Made by a program: the position numbers and the translations under genes. From Thecamonas trahens ATCC 50062 (taxonomy: Eukaryota; Protista; Apusomonadida): a stretch of 64,000 bases of DNA. Location of the stretch: assembly GCF_000142905.1 (NCBI RefSeq), contig NW_013657640.1, positions 274,343 to 338,342 on the forward strand, written 5' to 3'. The notes below the pieces were generated by a model. The model ran no database searches. It worked only from the letters and a program-made list of their open reading frames with translations, and was not told where the DNA came from. Shown piece by piece: positions 52,695 to 63,940 of this stretch (its first letter is position 1; the number at the start of each line of letters is the position of its first letter).

Positions 52695-55600
52695 ATGTCG
52701 TCGACCAACCAGTTCTGGGTGGCCGACGAGACGGACGGGTACGTCCTTGGTGATGTGGTGTCTGAGGGTTCGGGCGAGGTGACCATTTCGGTCCTCGGCC
52801 ACCAGCGGACGGTGCCGCGCGACGAGGTGTTCGAGGTCAACCCAGGCAAGTACTCCAAGGTGCCGGACATGTCGCAGCTCGGGCACCTGTCGGACGCGAC
52901 GGTGCTGCATAACCTCAAGGAGCGATACTTTGCCAACAAGATCTACACGTACTCTGGCCTTTTCTGCGTTGCGGTTAACCCGTACAAGATGCTCCCGATC
53001 TACACGCCGCAGGTTGTCGAGTCGTACAAGGGCAAGCGGCGCGAGGAGATGGAGCCACACGTGTACGCGGTGGCCGACGAGGCGTACCGGGCGATGATGG
53101 ACGGGCGGCAGAACCAGTCGATGCTCATCACCGGTGAGTCTGGTGCCGGTAAGACGGTCAACACCAAGAAGGTGATCCAGTACCTGGCGGCCATTGCCGG
53201 GCGAATTTCCGAGGCCGGCGGGCGCGGTGAGCTCGAGGAGCAGATTGTGCAGGCGAACCCGATTCTGGAGGCGTTTGGTAACGCCAAGACGATCCGGAAC
53301 AACAACTCGTCGCGGTTCGGCAAGTTCATCGAGATCCAGTTTAACGGCTCGGGCGTGATTGCCGGTGGCGTGATCGATGTGTACCTCCTCGAGAAGTCGC
53401 GTGTGGTGTTCCAGTCCGGCGAGGAGCGGAACTACCACATTTTCTACCAGCTCCTTGTGGGTGCGCCGCAGAGCATCCGCGACGAGCTCCACCTGACCAA
53501 GCTCGAGGACTACAAGTGGCTCAACCCGGCGTCGTACGTTGCCGACGGCATCGACGACACTGAGTGGTGGGCGGAGACTCAGGAGGCGTGGGAGACCATG
53601 GGCGTTCCGCAGGAGGAGTGGATGAACGTGTACAAGATCATGGCGGCCGTCCTTCACATGGGTAACGTCGAGTTTACCCAGTCGCGGCGGTCCGAGGACG
53701 CCCAGGCCGATGACAATGCGCTCGCCTCGCTCGCCGAGATCGAGTACCTCCTCGATCTCGAGGCCGGCTCGCTGGCCAAGGCTGTTCTCCGGCCGCGGCT
53801 CAAGGCTGGCCTCGAGTGGGTCAACAAGTCGCGGAACAAGGCGCAGGCACAGAACGTGATGGAGGCCATGGCCAAGTCGATCTACGAGCGGACTTTCCGC
53901 TGGATTGTGGAGCGGATCAACCAGACGCTGCACAACAAGAACCGCCGCGAGCTTTTCATCGGCGTCCTCGACATTTCCGGTTTTGAGATCTTTGAGGTTA
54001 ACTCGTTTGAGCAGCTCTGCATCAACTACACCAACGAGAAGCTCCAGCAGTTCTTCAACCACCACATGTTCAACCTCGAGCAGGAGGAGTACAAGCGCGA
54101 GCAGATCGAGTGGGACATGATCGACTTTGGCATGGACCTGCAGGACACTATCGATCTCATCGAGCAGACCAAGATGCCGTTTGGTATTCTCTCCATCCTC
54201 GACGAGCAGTGTGCGTTCCCCAAGGCGACCGACGAGACGTTTGTGGACAAGCTCGGCGAGCTGCACAAAGACAAGCACCCCAAGTTTTCGCTGCCCAAGT
54301 TCTCCAAGAACACCTTTAACGTCCACCACTACGCCGGCAAGGTCATCTACACCTCGGATGACTGGCTCGAGAAGAACCGCGACAAGCTCGATGATCCGCT
54401 CACCGTTGTCCTTCAAGACTCGACCAACGAGTACGTGGGCGCGCTCTTCGACGACCTCTACCCCGACCGCGAGGGCTCGGCCTCTGTCGCCCGCTCCAAG
54501 AAGCAAAAGACCCGCCCGTATGTCTCTGTGGCGCACAAGACCCAGCTTGAGAGCCTGATGGCTACGCTCAACTCGACGACGCCGCACTTTATTCGCTGCA
54601 TCAAGCCGAACGAGCAGAAGCGGCCGGCGCTTATCGACGCCCACATGGTGCTCGACCAGCTGCGGTGCAACGGTGTGCTCGAGGGCATCCGCATTTGCCG
54701 CAAGGGCTTCCCCAACCGGCTCCTCTTCCAGGACTTTAAGGACCGCTACCGGTGCCTCGCCGGCAACCGGGTCCCGGACTCGCTCCTTGACCTCAAGGAG
54801 GCCTGCCGCATCATCATCGAGACGGTCGGCGTCGATCCGGCCATGTACCGGATCGGTGTCTCCAAGGTCTTTTTCAAGGCCGGCGAGCTCCCCAAGCTCG
54901 AAGAGATGCGCGACGAGATCCTCGGTAAGCTCCTCATCAAGTTCCAGGCTGTTGTGCGCGGCCACTTTGGCCGCTCCGAGTTCACCACGATGCTCGAGAA
55001 CTCGAACGCGATTGCTATCCTGCAAAAGTCGGTGCGGACGTACCTCAAGCTCCGCCAGTGGGGCTGGTGGCAGCTCTTTGCCAAAATCCGTCCGCTCATT
55101 GTGCATCGCGACCGCGAGGCCGAGGAGCGCGCCCGCCAGGAGGAGGTCGAGCGGCTTAAGGCTGAGAAGGAGGCTGCCGCCAAGAAGGAGGCCCAGATGC
55201 AGGCTGAAATGGCGCGCATTGCCGCCGAAAAGGAGACCGCGGCCCGCGAGGCTGCCGAGCGCGCCGCCGCAGCTGAGGCTGCCGCTGCCGCCGAGGCGGA
55301 GCGGCTCCGCAACCAGCTTGCCGCGGACAAGGCCCGCATGGAGGAGGAGGCCGACGCTGCCCGTGCCGCGGCCCGCGAGGAGGCCCGCCGCCTCCGCGAC
55401 AAGCTTGAGGCCGAGAAGGTGGCAGCCGAGACGGCGTCTGCCGACGAGCGCGCCCGTCTCATGGCCAAGATGGAGCAGACGAAGCGTGAGCTGCAGGAGG
55501 CCGCCGATGCTGAGAAGGCGCGCCTCCAGCGCGAGGCTGACGCCCAGGCTGCCGAGCTCGAGCGCAAGCGCCAAGAGTACGAGGCGCAGCTGCGGAAGCG

Positions 55601-58600
55601 CGAGCAGCAGCTCGCGTCGTCGCGCTCTGAGGCCCAGGAGCAGGAGGAGGCCAAGCGGCGGCTGATGTCGGAGAAGTCGCTGCTCCTCACCCGGATCGAC
55701 GGCCTCGAGCAGGATCTCGAGGAGGAGCGGACAGCTAAGGCTCGCTCCGACTCGACCATCCGCGAGCTTCAGGCCCAGATTGCCGAGCTGAAGTCGAAGG
55801 TTGCTGACCTAGAGGCCCAGGTCTCGGCGCTCGAGGCTGCCAAGCGCGACCTCGAGGCCAAGCTCTCGGTGGCGACGCTCGAGGCGCAGGAGGCACAGGA
55901 TACCATTGCCCGGCTGGAGAAATCGAAGCGGTCGGCGTCGCTCGACAACGACGCGCTGCAAGACGAGCTCGAGGACGCCGAGAAGGCGCGCGCCTCGCTC
56001 GACCGTGCTAAGCGGTCGCTCGAGAAGCAGCTTGCCGAGGCCGAGAACGACGCCGCGATGGCGACGGCGGCCAAGGACGCGGCCGAGAAGAAAGCTCGCA
56101 AGCTCGGCTCGGAGCTCAAGGCGGCCAAGGCCGCGGCGAGCAGTGCGTCCGGCATTGGCTCGACGTCGGACGTCGAGGTTAAGCGGATGGAGAACGAGCT
56201 CCGCTCGCTCCGCGAGCAGCTCGTTACAGCCGAGTCCAAGATTGCGTCGATCGAGCGCCAGAAGCGCTCGCTGCAGACCGCTAACGAGGATCTGACCGAG
56301 AGCCTCGACGACACGTCGCGGGCACTCTCAGACGCCAAGCGCAAGGCGGCGGCAGCAGCTGAGGCCGCAGCGCGCGCTACCGACGAGCTCGAGGATGAGG
56401 TCCAGGAGCGCGAGGCTGCCGAGCTCATGCTCCACCAGCGCGAGCTTGAGCTTGATGACACGCGGCGGCAGCTTACGCAAGCTCTCGACGAGAAGGAGAG
56501 CTCGCTCTCGAGCTCGCGGGCCAAGTGGGAGCAGGCCATTGCCGAGCTCCGCGAGGAGCTTGCCGGCGAGGTCAAGGCCAAGGGCGCGATGGAGAAGGCG
56601 CTGCGGCGGGCCAAGACGGACCTGGAGGATGAGCGGGCGGCAGCGGCACTCCGCGCCTCGGCCTCGTCCGAGTCATCGACCAAGGAGCGGCGGCTGGCCG
56701 CAGAGCTCGCGCGTGCACAGGAAGCACTTGCCGAGGCTCAGCGCGGTCTGGCGGTGGCAGAGGCGTCGGCAGCCAAGCTCTCGACGCAGGTCACTGGCTT
56801 CCGCGACGAAGCTGACGAGGCGCTGCGGCAGCGTTCGATTGCGCAGAAGAAGGCCAAGTCGCTCGAGATGGAGGTTGAGGACCTTCGCGAGCAGGTCGAG
56901 GAGGAGGCCATCCTCCACAAGAACGCGGCTGCTCACGTCAAGGAGCTTGAGGCTGAGCTCTCTGAGGCTGTGGCCAAGGCCGAGGACGAGGAGGCAGCGG
57001 CTGAGATGCTCCGCGACGAGCAGGCGCGTCTGCTCGAGGAAATGGAAATGCTCAAGGGCTCGGCCGACGTCGAGCTGGTGGCCAAGCTCGAGGAGCTCGA
57101 GAAGACCATCCGCGACCTCCGCAACGAGCTGCTCGAGGCACGCGAGGAGCTCGACGAGGAGCGGCGGAAGACGAGCTCGGCCGAGCGTGCCAAGCGCGCG
57201 CTTGCGTCGGAACTCGACCAGGCGCAGGACGCGCTCGAGTCGGAGAAGCTGGCGGCGACGCTTCTCAAGGAGGCGAAGGCGCATCTCGACTCGGAGCTCA
57301 AGTCTCTCCGCGCACAGCTCTCTGCCGAGCAGGAGTCAGCGCTCCAGGCCGAGCTGCGGTGCAAGAAGATGGATGCGGCACAGGCGGAGGTTGCGGCACA
57401 GATGGCGGAGCTGCAGTCGCGGCGTGACGCCGATGTCCGGGCACGCAAGGAGCTCAAGGTCACCATCCGCGAGCTGCAGGAGGACGTGTCGGAGCAGCAG
57501 CTGCTCACCCAGCATGTGGAGCGGTCGAAGAAGCTTCTCGCTGAGGAGGTGCAGCAGCTCAAGGAGGAGCTCGAGGACGCTATCGAGGAGCGGCAGAAGG
57601 TCGAGGACCTCCGTCGTGAGCAGTACGCGCAGCTCCAGGAGTACCGCAACTCGCTCGAGAACGCCGACAACACCCGGGTGACCAAGCTCGAGGAGGAGAA
57701 GCGTTCGCTTCAGGCGCGTATCGCGGAGCTTGATCTCAAGGTCATCGAGCTCGAGCGCAAGGCCGGCCGCGGTGGCGCGTCCGGCGTCGCCGGCTCGGGC
57801 ACCCGCGCCAAGATGGAGGTCAAGGCTGCGGTGGCCGAGGAGCAGACCAAGGCACGGCAGGCGAGCAAGCTTGCCAAGAAGCACAAGGCTGAGGCTTCCA
57901 AGGTCAACGCCAAGCTCCTCAAGTCGAAGAAGGAGACCGAGGCGTCGAAGCGTGAGCTCCAGGTTGCGCGGACGCAGCTCGCCGATACCAAGGCGCGTCT
58001 CGAAGTCCTGCAGCGGAACATGAGCGCGCTGACGGCGTCGAACAACGAGCTCACGGCGCAGGTTGAGGACCTGCGCGACGCGCACGAGGTTGCGGTCCGG
58101 GCCAAGACGGCTCAGGCGAACAAGCGGCGCGAGCTCGAGCTCAAGGTCCAGCAGCTTGAGTCGCAGCTCGAGTCCGCGTCTTCGGGCGTGAGCTCGGAGG
58201 CAACCGATGAGCTCAAGCGACAGCACATTCTGGAGATTGCCGAGGTCAAGAAGCAGGCTGCGGCAGATGCGGCTGTGGAAATCGAGGCACTCGAGAACGC
58301 CAAGCGCGAGAGCCGTGCCAAGCGCGAGGCTCTCAAGGAGCTGCTTGACGACGCCGAGCGCGAGAACGCGTCGATGGAGAAGCAGCTGCAGCGGGCTCAG
58401 CGTGAGGCTGCTGCCGCCGTCGCCCGCCTCGACGACGAAGTTAAGAGCCGGACCGAGTTTGAAAAGTCCAACCGCGGGCTCATGTCGGAGAACAAGGACC
58501 TGGCGCACCGGCTGGCGACGGCCGAGAGCTTCGTGGAGAGCTCCAAGGATGAGATTGCGGCTCTGCGCGCGGCGCAGGCCGAGGCGCTCGCCAAGCACGA

Positions 58601-59972
58601 GGAGCTCCTTTCGCAGGTCTCGTCGCTCGACGCGGCCGCCAAGTCTGCCGAGGCCGAGATCGAGGCGATGAAGGACGACTACGACGACGCGATTGCGGCG
58701 GCCGAGGAGGCTGCCGAGCAGCTCAACTTTGTCAACACCGAGCTCGAGGAGGTCCGCGACCGCCTTGCACAGGAGGAGGCGCTCCGCGAGGAGTGGGAGC
58801 ACGAGAAGATCGAGACACTCGACCAGCTCGCCAACCTCAAGGAGCGTTACGAGACGCAGATTGAGGAGCAGGCCGAGGCGCTCGAGGAGTCGCGCCGGCA
58901 GCTGCTCAAGGACGTCAAGGTGCTGTCGGAGAAGGCGGCGACGGAGGAGCGGCAGAAGTTCGAGCTCGAGAAGACGAGCCGGCGGCTGGCGAACGAGAAG
59001 GAGGACATGGCCGACGAGCTCGCGGCGCTGCAGCGGAAGCAAGCCGAGCACGACAAGGTCGTCAACAAGCTCTCGACGGAGCTCACGGTGGCGTCGACCA
59101 AGCTCGAGCAGGAGACCCGTCTCCGCGCCGAGAGCGACATTGCCGGCAAGCGGGCCGAGATGGCGGCGCGCGAGGCGCAGGAGGACCTTGCCGACGCGGT
59201 CAAGCAGCTCGAGTCGGTCCGGTCGAAGCGCAAGGCCGTGGAGGACCGGCTGCAGTCTGTTGTTCTCGAGCTCGAGGAGGAGCGGGCCGCATTCGCGGCG
59301 CTCAACGCCACCTGCCGTGACCTCGAGACTGAGGTTGAGGATCTTCGCGAGAAGCTCGACGACTCCGAGTCACACAACCGGTCGATCGACGAGGTCCAGA
59401 TGTCGCTCAACAAGCAGATCGACGAGCTCGAGGCCGAACTCATCCGGACCGACGACACCAACATGCGGCTGGAGAAGGACAACATCGCCAAGGAGCGCGA
59501 GCTTAAGGACCTCCAGGCGCGGCTCGCCCGCTCCGACGGGCGTGGCGCGTCGTCCATCGAGCGCGTCCGCAAGCGGCTCGAGTCCAAGATCGCCGAGATC
59601 CAGGCCCGGCTCTCCAAGGAGACCGCGTCCAAGGTCGACCTGCAGAAGCAGCTCCGTTCGGCCACCAAGGAGCTGCGCAAGGCCAAGGCCGATGCGGCCG
59701 AGGCTGGCAAGGCCGTCACCCGTGCCGAGTCGCGGGCGTCCAAGGCGCTCGCCCGCGTTGCCATGCTCCGTGACGAGCTCGACGTTCAGGCGTCCGAGGT
59801 TGCCCAGGCCGAGTCGGAGCGCCGCAAGCTTCGCCGCGTCAACGAGGAGCTCCGCACCTCGAACACGGCCGCCAAGGAGGAGGTCATCGTGCTCAAGGAC
59901 AAGCTCGAGGAGAGCAAGGCCGCCAACGAGGCCATCAACGCCAAGATCGCTGTCCTTCTCGGCCAGGCGTAA
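52695..59972 (+). CDS. Myosin II heavy chain (2425 aa, intronless)
   Basis: SH3-like N-terminus, GESGAGKT, NNNSSRFGKF, DISGFE, QLRCNGVLEGIRICRKGFPNR, two IQ motifs, WGWWQLFAKIRP head-tail junction, long coiled coil. Confidence 0.97.
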   Translation: MSSTNQFWVADETDGYVLGDVVSEGSGEVTISVLGHQRTVPRDEVFEVNPGKYSKVPDMSQLGHLSDATVLHNLKERYFANKIYTYSGLFCVAVNPYKMLPIYTPQVVESYKGKRREEMEPHVYAVADEAYRAMMDGRQNQSMLITGESGAGKTVNTKKVIQYLAAIAGRISEAGGRGELEEQIVQANPILEAFGNAKTIRNNNSSRFGKFIEIQFNGSGVIAGGVIDVYLLEKSRVVFQSGEERNYHIFYQLLVGAPQSIRDELHLTKLEDYKWLNPASYVADGIDDTEWWAETQEAWETMGVPQEEWMNVYKIMAAVLHMGNVEFTQSRRSEDAQADDNALASLAEIEYLLDLEAGSLAKAVLRPRLKAGLEWVNKSRNKAQAQNVMEAMAKSIYERTFRWIVERINQTLHNKNRRELFIGVLDISGFEIFEVNSFEQLCINYTNEKLQQFFNHHMFNLEQEEYKREQIEWDMIDFGMDLQDTIDLIEQTKMPFGILSILDEQCAFPKATDETFVDKLGELHKDKHPKFSLPKFSKNTFNVHHYAGKVIYTSDDWLEKNRDKLDDPLTVVLQDSTNEYVGALFDDLYPDREGSASVARSKKQKTRPYVSVAHKTQLESLMATLNSTTPHFIRCIKPNEQKRPALIDAHMVLDQLRCNGVLEGIRICRKGFPNRLLFQDFKDRYRCLAGNRVPDSLLDLKEACRIIIETVGVDPAMYRIGVSKVFFKAGELPKLEEMRDEILGKLLIKFQAVVRGHFGRSEFTTMLENSNAIAILQKSVRTYLKLRQWGWWQLFAKIRPLIVHRDREAEERARQEEVERLKAEKEAAAKKEAQMQAEMARIAAEKETAAREAAERAAAAEAAAAAEAERLRNQLAADKARMEEEADAARAAAREEARRLRDKLEAEKVAAETASADERARLMAKMEQTKRELQEAADAEKARLQREADAQAAELERKRQEYEAQLRKREQQLASSRSEAQEQEEAKRRLMSEKSLLLTRIDGLEQDLEEERTAKARSDSTIRELQAQIAELKSKVADLEAQVSALEAAKRDLEAKLSVATLEAQEAQDTIARLEKSKRSASLDNDALQDELEDAEKARASLDRAKRSLEKQLAEAENDAAMATAAKDAAEKKARKLGSELKAAKAAASSASGIGSTSDVEVKRMENELRSLREQLVTAESKIASIERQKRSLQTANEDLTESLDDTSRALSDAKRKAAAAAEAAARATDELEDEVQEREAAELMLHQRELELDDTRRQLTQALDEKESSLSSSRAKWEQAIAELREELAGEVKAKGAMEKALRRAKTDLEDERAAAALRASASSESSTKERRLAAELARAQEALAEAQRGLAVAEASAAKLSTQVTGFRDEADEALRQRSIAQKKAKSLEMEVEDLREQVEEEAILHKNAAAHVKELEAELSEAVAKAEDEEAAAEMLRDEQARLLEEMEMLKGSADVELVAKLEELEKTIRDLRNELLEAREELDEERRKTSSAERAKRALASELDQAQDALESEKLAATLLKEAKAHLDSELKSLRAQLSAEQESALQAELRCKKMDAAQAEVAAQMAELQSRRDADVRARKELKVTIRELQEDVSEQQLLTQHVERSKKLLAEEVQQLKEELEDAIEERQKVEDLRREQYAQLQEYRNSLENADNTRVTKLEEEKRSLQARIAELDLKVIELERKAGRGGASGVAGSGTRAKMEVKAAVAEEQTKARQASKLAKKHKAEASKVNAKLLKSKKETEASKRELQVARTQLADTKARLEVLQRNMSALTASNNELTAQVEDLRDAHEVAVRAKTAQANKRRELELKVQQLESQLESASSGVSSEATDELKRQHILEIAEVKKQAAADAAVEIEALENAKRESRAKREALKELLDDAERENASMEKQLQRAQREAAAAVARLDDEVKSRTEFEKSNRGLMSENKDLAHRLATAESFVESSKDEIAALRAAQAEALAKHEELLSQVSSLDAAAKSAEAEIEAMKDDYDDAIAAAEEAAEQLNFVNTELEEVRDRLAQEEALREEWEHEKIETLDQLANLKERYETQIEEQAEALEESRRQLLKDVKVLSEKAATEERQKFELEKTSRRLANEKEDMADELAALQRKQAEHDKVVNKLSTELTVASTKLEQETRLRAESDIAGKRAEMAAREAQEDLADAVKQLESVRSKRKAVEDRLQSVVLELEEERAAFAALNATCRDLETEVEDLREKLDDSESHNRSIDEVQMSLNKQIDELEAELIRTDDTNMRLEKDNIAKERELKDLQARLARSDGRGASSIERVRKRLESKIAEIQARLSKETASKVDLQKQLRSATKELRKAKADAAEAGKAVTRAESRASKALARVAMLRDELDVQASEVAQAESERRKLRRVNEELRTSNTAAKEEVIVLKDKLEESKAANEAINAKIAVLLGQA

Positions 59973-60192
59973 GCCGTGCTGAGGAAGCATCGATTCGAGC
60001 TCTGTCCTGAGCTCTATCCTGAGCTCTATCCCAGGGAATGAACTCGAAGTTTTTGAGCATGGTGGTGGGGTGTTGGGCTTGAGTGAGGTGGGCGAGGTGG
60101 GCGACGAGGGTGAGGTGGCGGGAGCGGTGGTGGTGGCGTGGTTAGGACAGGGAACACCTCTCTTTGCAGCAACTAGTGAAGCTGGTGTAAGC

Positions 60193-61197
60193 ATGGCGTC
60201 TGGACCGGGCAAGGCTGTGACGTATGGGCTGTTTGGAGCGCTAGCGGGTGTGCTGGCTGGGTGGGGAGCGGCTCGGGTGGGGTCGTCAAATGGCGCGGGA
60301 GGAGGCAAGGCGACCGGCAAGGCTCCACCGGCAGCGACACGGAGAGCGGGCGCAGGGCCGACTGGCGGGAAGAAGACGGCGGCGGCAATCAAGTACGGGC
60401 CGCCGTCGAACGACTACGTCAAAGTCCGCGACGGGTATGTGGTGGCGTACGACCGGCGGATGCGGACGGCACGGTGGGTGGCCGAGCATCTGACGCGCGA
60501 CTCGCTGTATCCCAAGTATGGGCCCGGCGAGAAGAAGCCGCACCGGCGCGAGTGCATGTTTGCGGAGGACAAGAGCGTGCCGAGCAAGTTCCGGTCCAAG
60601 CTCGAGGACTACCGCGGGTCGGGCTACGATCGCGGGCACCTCTCGCCGGCGGCGGACCACAAGACATCGCAGCTCGGGATGTGCGAGTCGTTCCTGCTCT
60701 CGAACATCTCGCCGCAAGTCGGCAAGGGCTTTAACCGTGACTACTGGGCACGACTGGAAGGCTTTATGCGGCATTTGACCAAGGAGTACGACGACGTGTA
60801 TGTGTTGACTGGCCCCGCGTGGGTGCCGGAGATCGACGCTGTCACTGGCAAGGCTTTTGTCCGCTACGAGGTCATTGGCTCGCCGCCCAACGTCGCGGTT
60901 CCAACCCACTTTTTCAAGGCAGTCCTCGCCGAGACCAAGGACGGCCGCAAGCGCGCGGTTGGAGCATTCCTGACGCCGAACGCGCCCATTGCCGAGAACG
61001 AGCCGCTCATCAAGTACTCGGTCTCGCTCGACGAGCTCGAGCGGCTGATTGGTCTCGAGCTCTTTCCCCGGGCCGCGCTTGCATCCGGAGTCCGCTCTGG
61101 TGGGCGTGGCGTAGTTCCGCTTTGTGACGACACAAAGTGTGAGTTGCCGCCGCCGTGGTCGCCGCCTCCCAAGAAGAACAAGTCATCATCGGCTTAG
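60193..61197 (+). CDS. ENDOG: Mitochondrial endonuclease G / Nuc1
   Basis: WVAEHL, DYRGSGYDRGHLSPAADH, FLLSNISPQ...FNRDYWARLE and VAVPTHFFK. Confidence 0.95.
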   Translation: MASGPGKAVTYGLFGALAGVLAGWGAARVGSSNGAGGGKATGKAPPAATRRAGAGPTGGKKTAAAIKYGPPSNDYVKVRDGYVVAYDRRMRTARWVAEHLTRDSLYPKYGPGEKKPHRRECMFAEDKSVPSKFRSKLEDYRGSGYDRGHLSPAADHKTSQLGMCESFLLSNISPQVGKGFNRDYWARLEGFMRHLTKEYDDVYVLTGPAWVPEIDAVTGKAFVRYEVIGSPPNVAVPTHFFKAVLAETKDGRKRAVGAFLTPNAPIAENEPLIKYSVSLDELERLIGLELFPRAALASGVRSGGRGVVPLCDDTKCELPPPWSPPPKKNKSSSA

Positions 61198-63843
61198 TTG
61201 AAGTCGCACTGGCTGAGATGCACTAAACATGATGTGGCGCAGCCAGCAGGAATAGTAGTTGAAGTCCTACAAGTTGATCGGCGAGATGATCGGGGCACTT
61301 GTAGCGGGAAGAGAGATGCAAAGTATGGTATGTGGGCTTGAGAATTGATGTTGTTGGGTATGAGGATGCTGAGTGTGTGTGGGGTGTGAGAGATAAGGGT
61401 GGACGGGCTTGGGTGGCGAGGGAGAGAAGGGCGGGATGTATTGGATTGAGATGGACGTCGATGGGGACGAGGGCTTGGGATTGGACGAGGTGGCAGCTCA
61501 CTGCAATCGAGCCAAACACTGCATTTCCTATCACGTGCACATGCCCTCTCTTATTATTCGTTGCCATGGCCAGGCAACTGGCCTCGTCGTCTGGCTCGGC
61601 AGCATGGGCGGCTGGCAATGAGCAGGCCGGCGGGAGCTGTGATGGGCAAGGCCGGAGAAGGGAGGGGAGGATTGGGTTGAAGGGCAAAATGGAAGCCATT
61701 GCCAATGATGTGGCTATCTCTATGCATTGTTTTCAATGCCCTGTCGATGGCTTGCTTGCTCTCGGTGGTGCCGGCGGTGGTCGGTCGGCGGCGGGCGGCG
61801 GTCGGCGGTGGCAGCTGACGCGGCGGTGTTTGACGTTGACGGGTTGGCGTCGGCTGATGTGCGTATCGGCGGGCAGGGAGTGGGTGGCTATGTTTCCAGG
61901 GGAGGTGAGTACGTGTGGCGTGGGTGTGGTGGTTGTGGGTGGACAGGTTGGGGAGTGGGGGTCGGATATGGGCCCGGGGAGGGGGGTCAGCAGCATCGAA
62001 GGGACACAGGGTCAACAACTTGGGCCTCAGGTGACAGAACTCGGATTCCGGAATACTGCAGCTATGGATTGGAGACTGCGCAAGGGGGTAGTGTGGGCGT
62101 GTAGTAGAGTAGTGGTAAAATCCGATTGGGCATATCTTGCAAAGAGGTTGGTGGGGGGCGTGTGCGGGGTCGGGCGGTCGAGGGCGTGCTCAACCACCTA
62201 GGCAGAACCAGTCGACGCAGAAATGAGCCGAGGTCGATGGGTGTCGATGACGACGGTATTGATACTGGTGATAGTGTGAGGTGAGTGATGACCTTGGGTG
62301 TGGTCGTGGGTTGTGTAGCTGGTGGTGGGAAGGAGCTAGGTGGTGGTGAAGGTGGGCTGAACGGGCGAGCGGGCGACGGCTGGCGGCTGGTGGTCGGCGA
62401 GGCAGGGGCAGCTGAGGGGGCTCAGTCGGAGCGGGGTGGCTTGAGATTGCTGTTGGTTGGTGGATGGGCAGTATGACTTGTGATGGTTGAGGGTATGGGT
62501 GTCGAGGTCGGGAATGAGGATGCGGGTGAGCTGGAGTGAGGAGAGGAGGAGGAGGAGGAGGAGGAGGAAGCGGGGTGCGCGATAGGGTGGTGATGGGTAT
62601 GGCCATAGCATGGGGGTGGGAGTTGCAGCTGGAATGGGAGTGGTGGTGGTGGAGTAGAGGGTGAGGGTGGTCGTTTGTGGTGACGGGTGGTAATGAGTAT
62701 GGTAGGGGGGATGAGGGGGGTCGTGACGTGGGTGACGGGACGGGCGAAGGGGTGGTGGGTATGGCGATTGGGCTTGAGCATTAATGAAGGTGATTATGAT
62801 ACGGCTGATGGGTGTGTGTGGGGTGTGGGCGATAGGGGCGGCGGGTACTTCGCCGGCAGAGGGAAGGCGGCGGACGTTAATTGAGTTGAACGTTGAAATA
62901 ATTGAAGAAAGGCCGGAACCAGCATCAAACAAAGCAATGACGTCCACAACAACAACCAAAGATCATACATGGCTTGCACAGCACACGTATGAGTAAGCCA
63001 ACAGGAACTGGGTAAGACTGGCTGGCAATGGGATGGACTCGGGTGACGTTGAGGTCGATGAGGCAGGGCGCGGTTGATCGATCAGATCTGCAGATCAACC
63101 ATGACCACAACACAACAGGGTCAACACAAAATACATTGCATGCACAACTATTGACCATAGCCAACGACAACAAAGTTGAGAATCGATGGTGTAGTGAGCA
63201 ACGGTCGATCATGGATGTGAGAGTCAAGGTCAATAAAACAGGACAGTCAAGAACAAATGAAGCATGACGAATAATGATAAAAGCAACAACAAGAGCGAAA
63301 GGAATGATGAATGGGAATGCATGTCGATTGTAGTCAACCATCAAAGGCAATAGCAACCACAGCAGAACATGAAGGCAGACAATAGCAACAACAAAGCATG
63401 TGGAAACATAAACGGCAAAGAACAAGGAACATGGATAGCCAACAAGAAAAGAAACAGAAAAATCGAATGATCAATTAACAATGATCAATGACAATCAATT
63501 GAATGTCAAACAATCAAACGAGTGACGAGTGGCGAATCATAAAAATGTTGAATGACATTCATGTCACCCAACAACCCGCACATGCGACTCGGCCGAACGA
63601 GTGACACAGGCAAGTGTCAATGAGGGGACGGGGATTGTGAATCAGCATCAAAGACTCAATCCAGGCCCATGCCCAGCCATGCGCATGGTGCGGTGGAGAA
63701 TGAGTATGGTGGCGTGGATGGGAATGTGGATGTGGGTCATGCATGGGATGGGTAGGGGTGGCAAGGGGGCAGTGAGTGGCAAGTGGAGTGGGTGGTGGTG
63801 GGTGGGGCGGAATGGAGTGCGGCTAGGGTTGACGAGGCATCAG

Positions 63844-63939
63844 CTAGGGTTAGGGTTAGGGTTAGGGTTAGGGTTAGGGTTAGGGTTAGGGTTAGGGTTA
63901 GGGTTAGGGTTAGGGTTAGGGTTAGGGTTAGGGTTAGGG
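63844..63939 (+). repeat. Telomeric repeat: CTAGGG followed by (TTAGGG)15
   Basis: Perfect TTAGGG array with the G-rich strand running toward the window end. Confidence 0.95.
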
Positions 63940-63940
63940 G

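Noticed and set aside
52683-55574. Long antisense ORFs (963 aa opposite myosin; similar ones opposite SerRS, SSRP1 and the AGC kinase, and 20..970)
   Set aside because: Expected shadow ORFs from strong GC3 codon bias; they contain no recognisable motifs.
59997-60032. Three copies of a 12-bp unit (GAGCTCTRTCCY) after the myosin stop
   Set aside because: A short local tandem duplication with no evidence of function.
18333-61197. H3 variant, homeobox pair and EndoG as one extended sex-determining region
   Set aside because: Attractive, since EndoG removes paternal mtDNA in some animals, but the sequence gives no evidence such as repeat build-up or degeneration, and the intervening genes are ordinary housekeeping genes.
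62925-63425. Hydrophobic 166-aa minus-strand ORF in the subtelomere
   Set aside because: The hydrophobicity follows from the A-rich + strand, and codon usage differs from real genes here.
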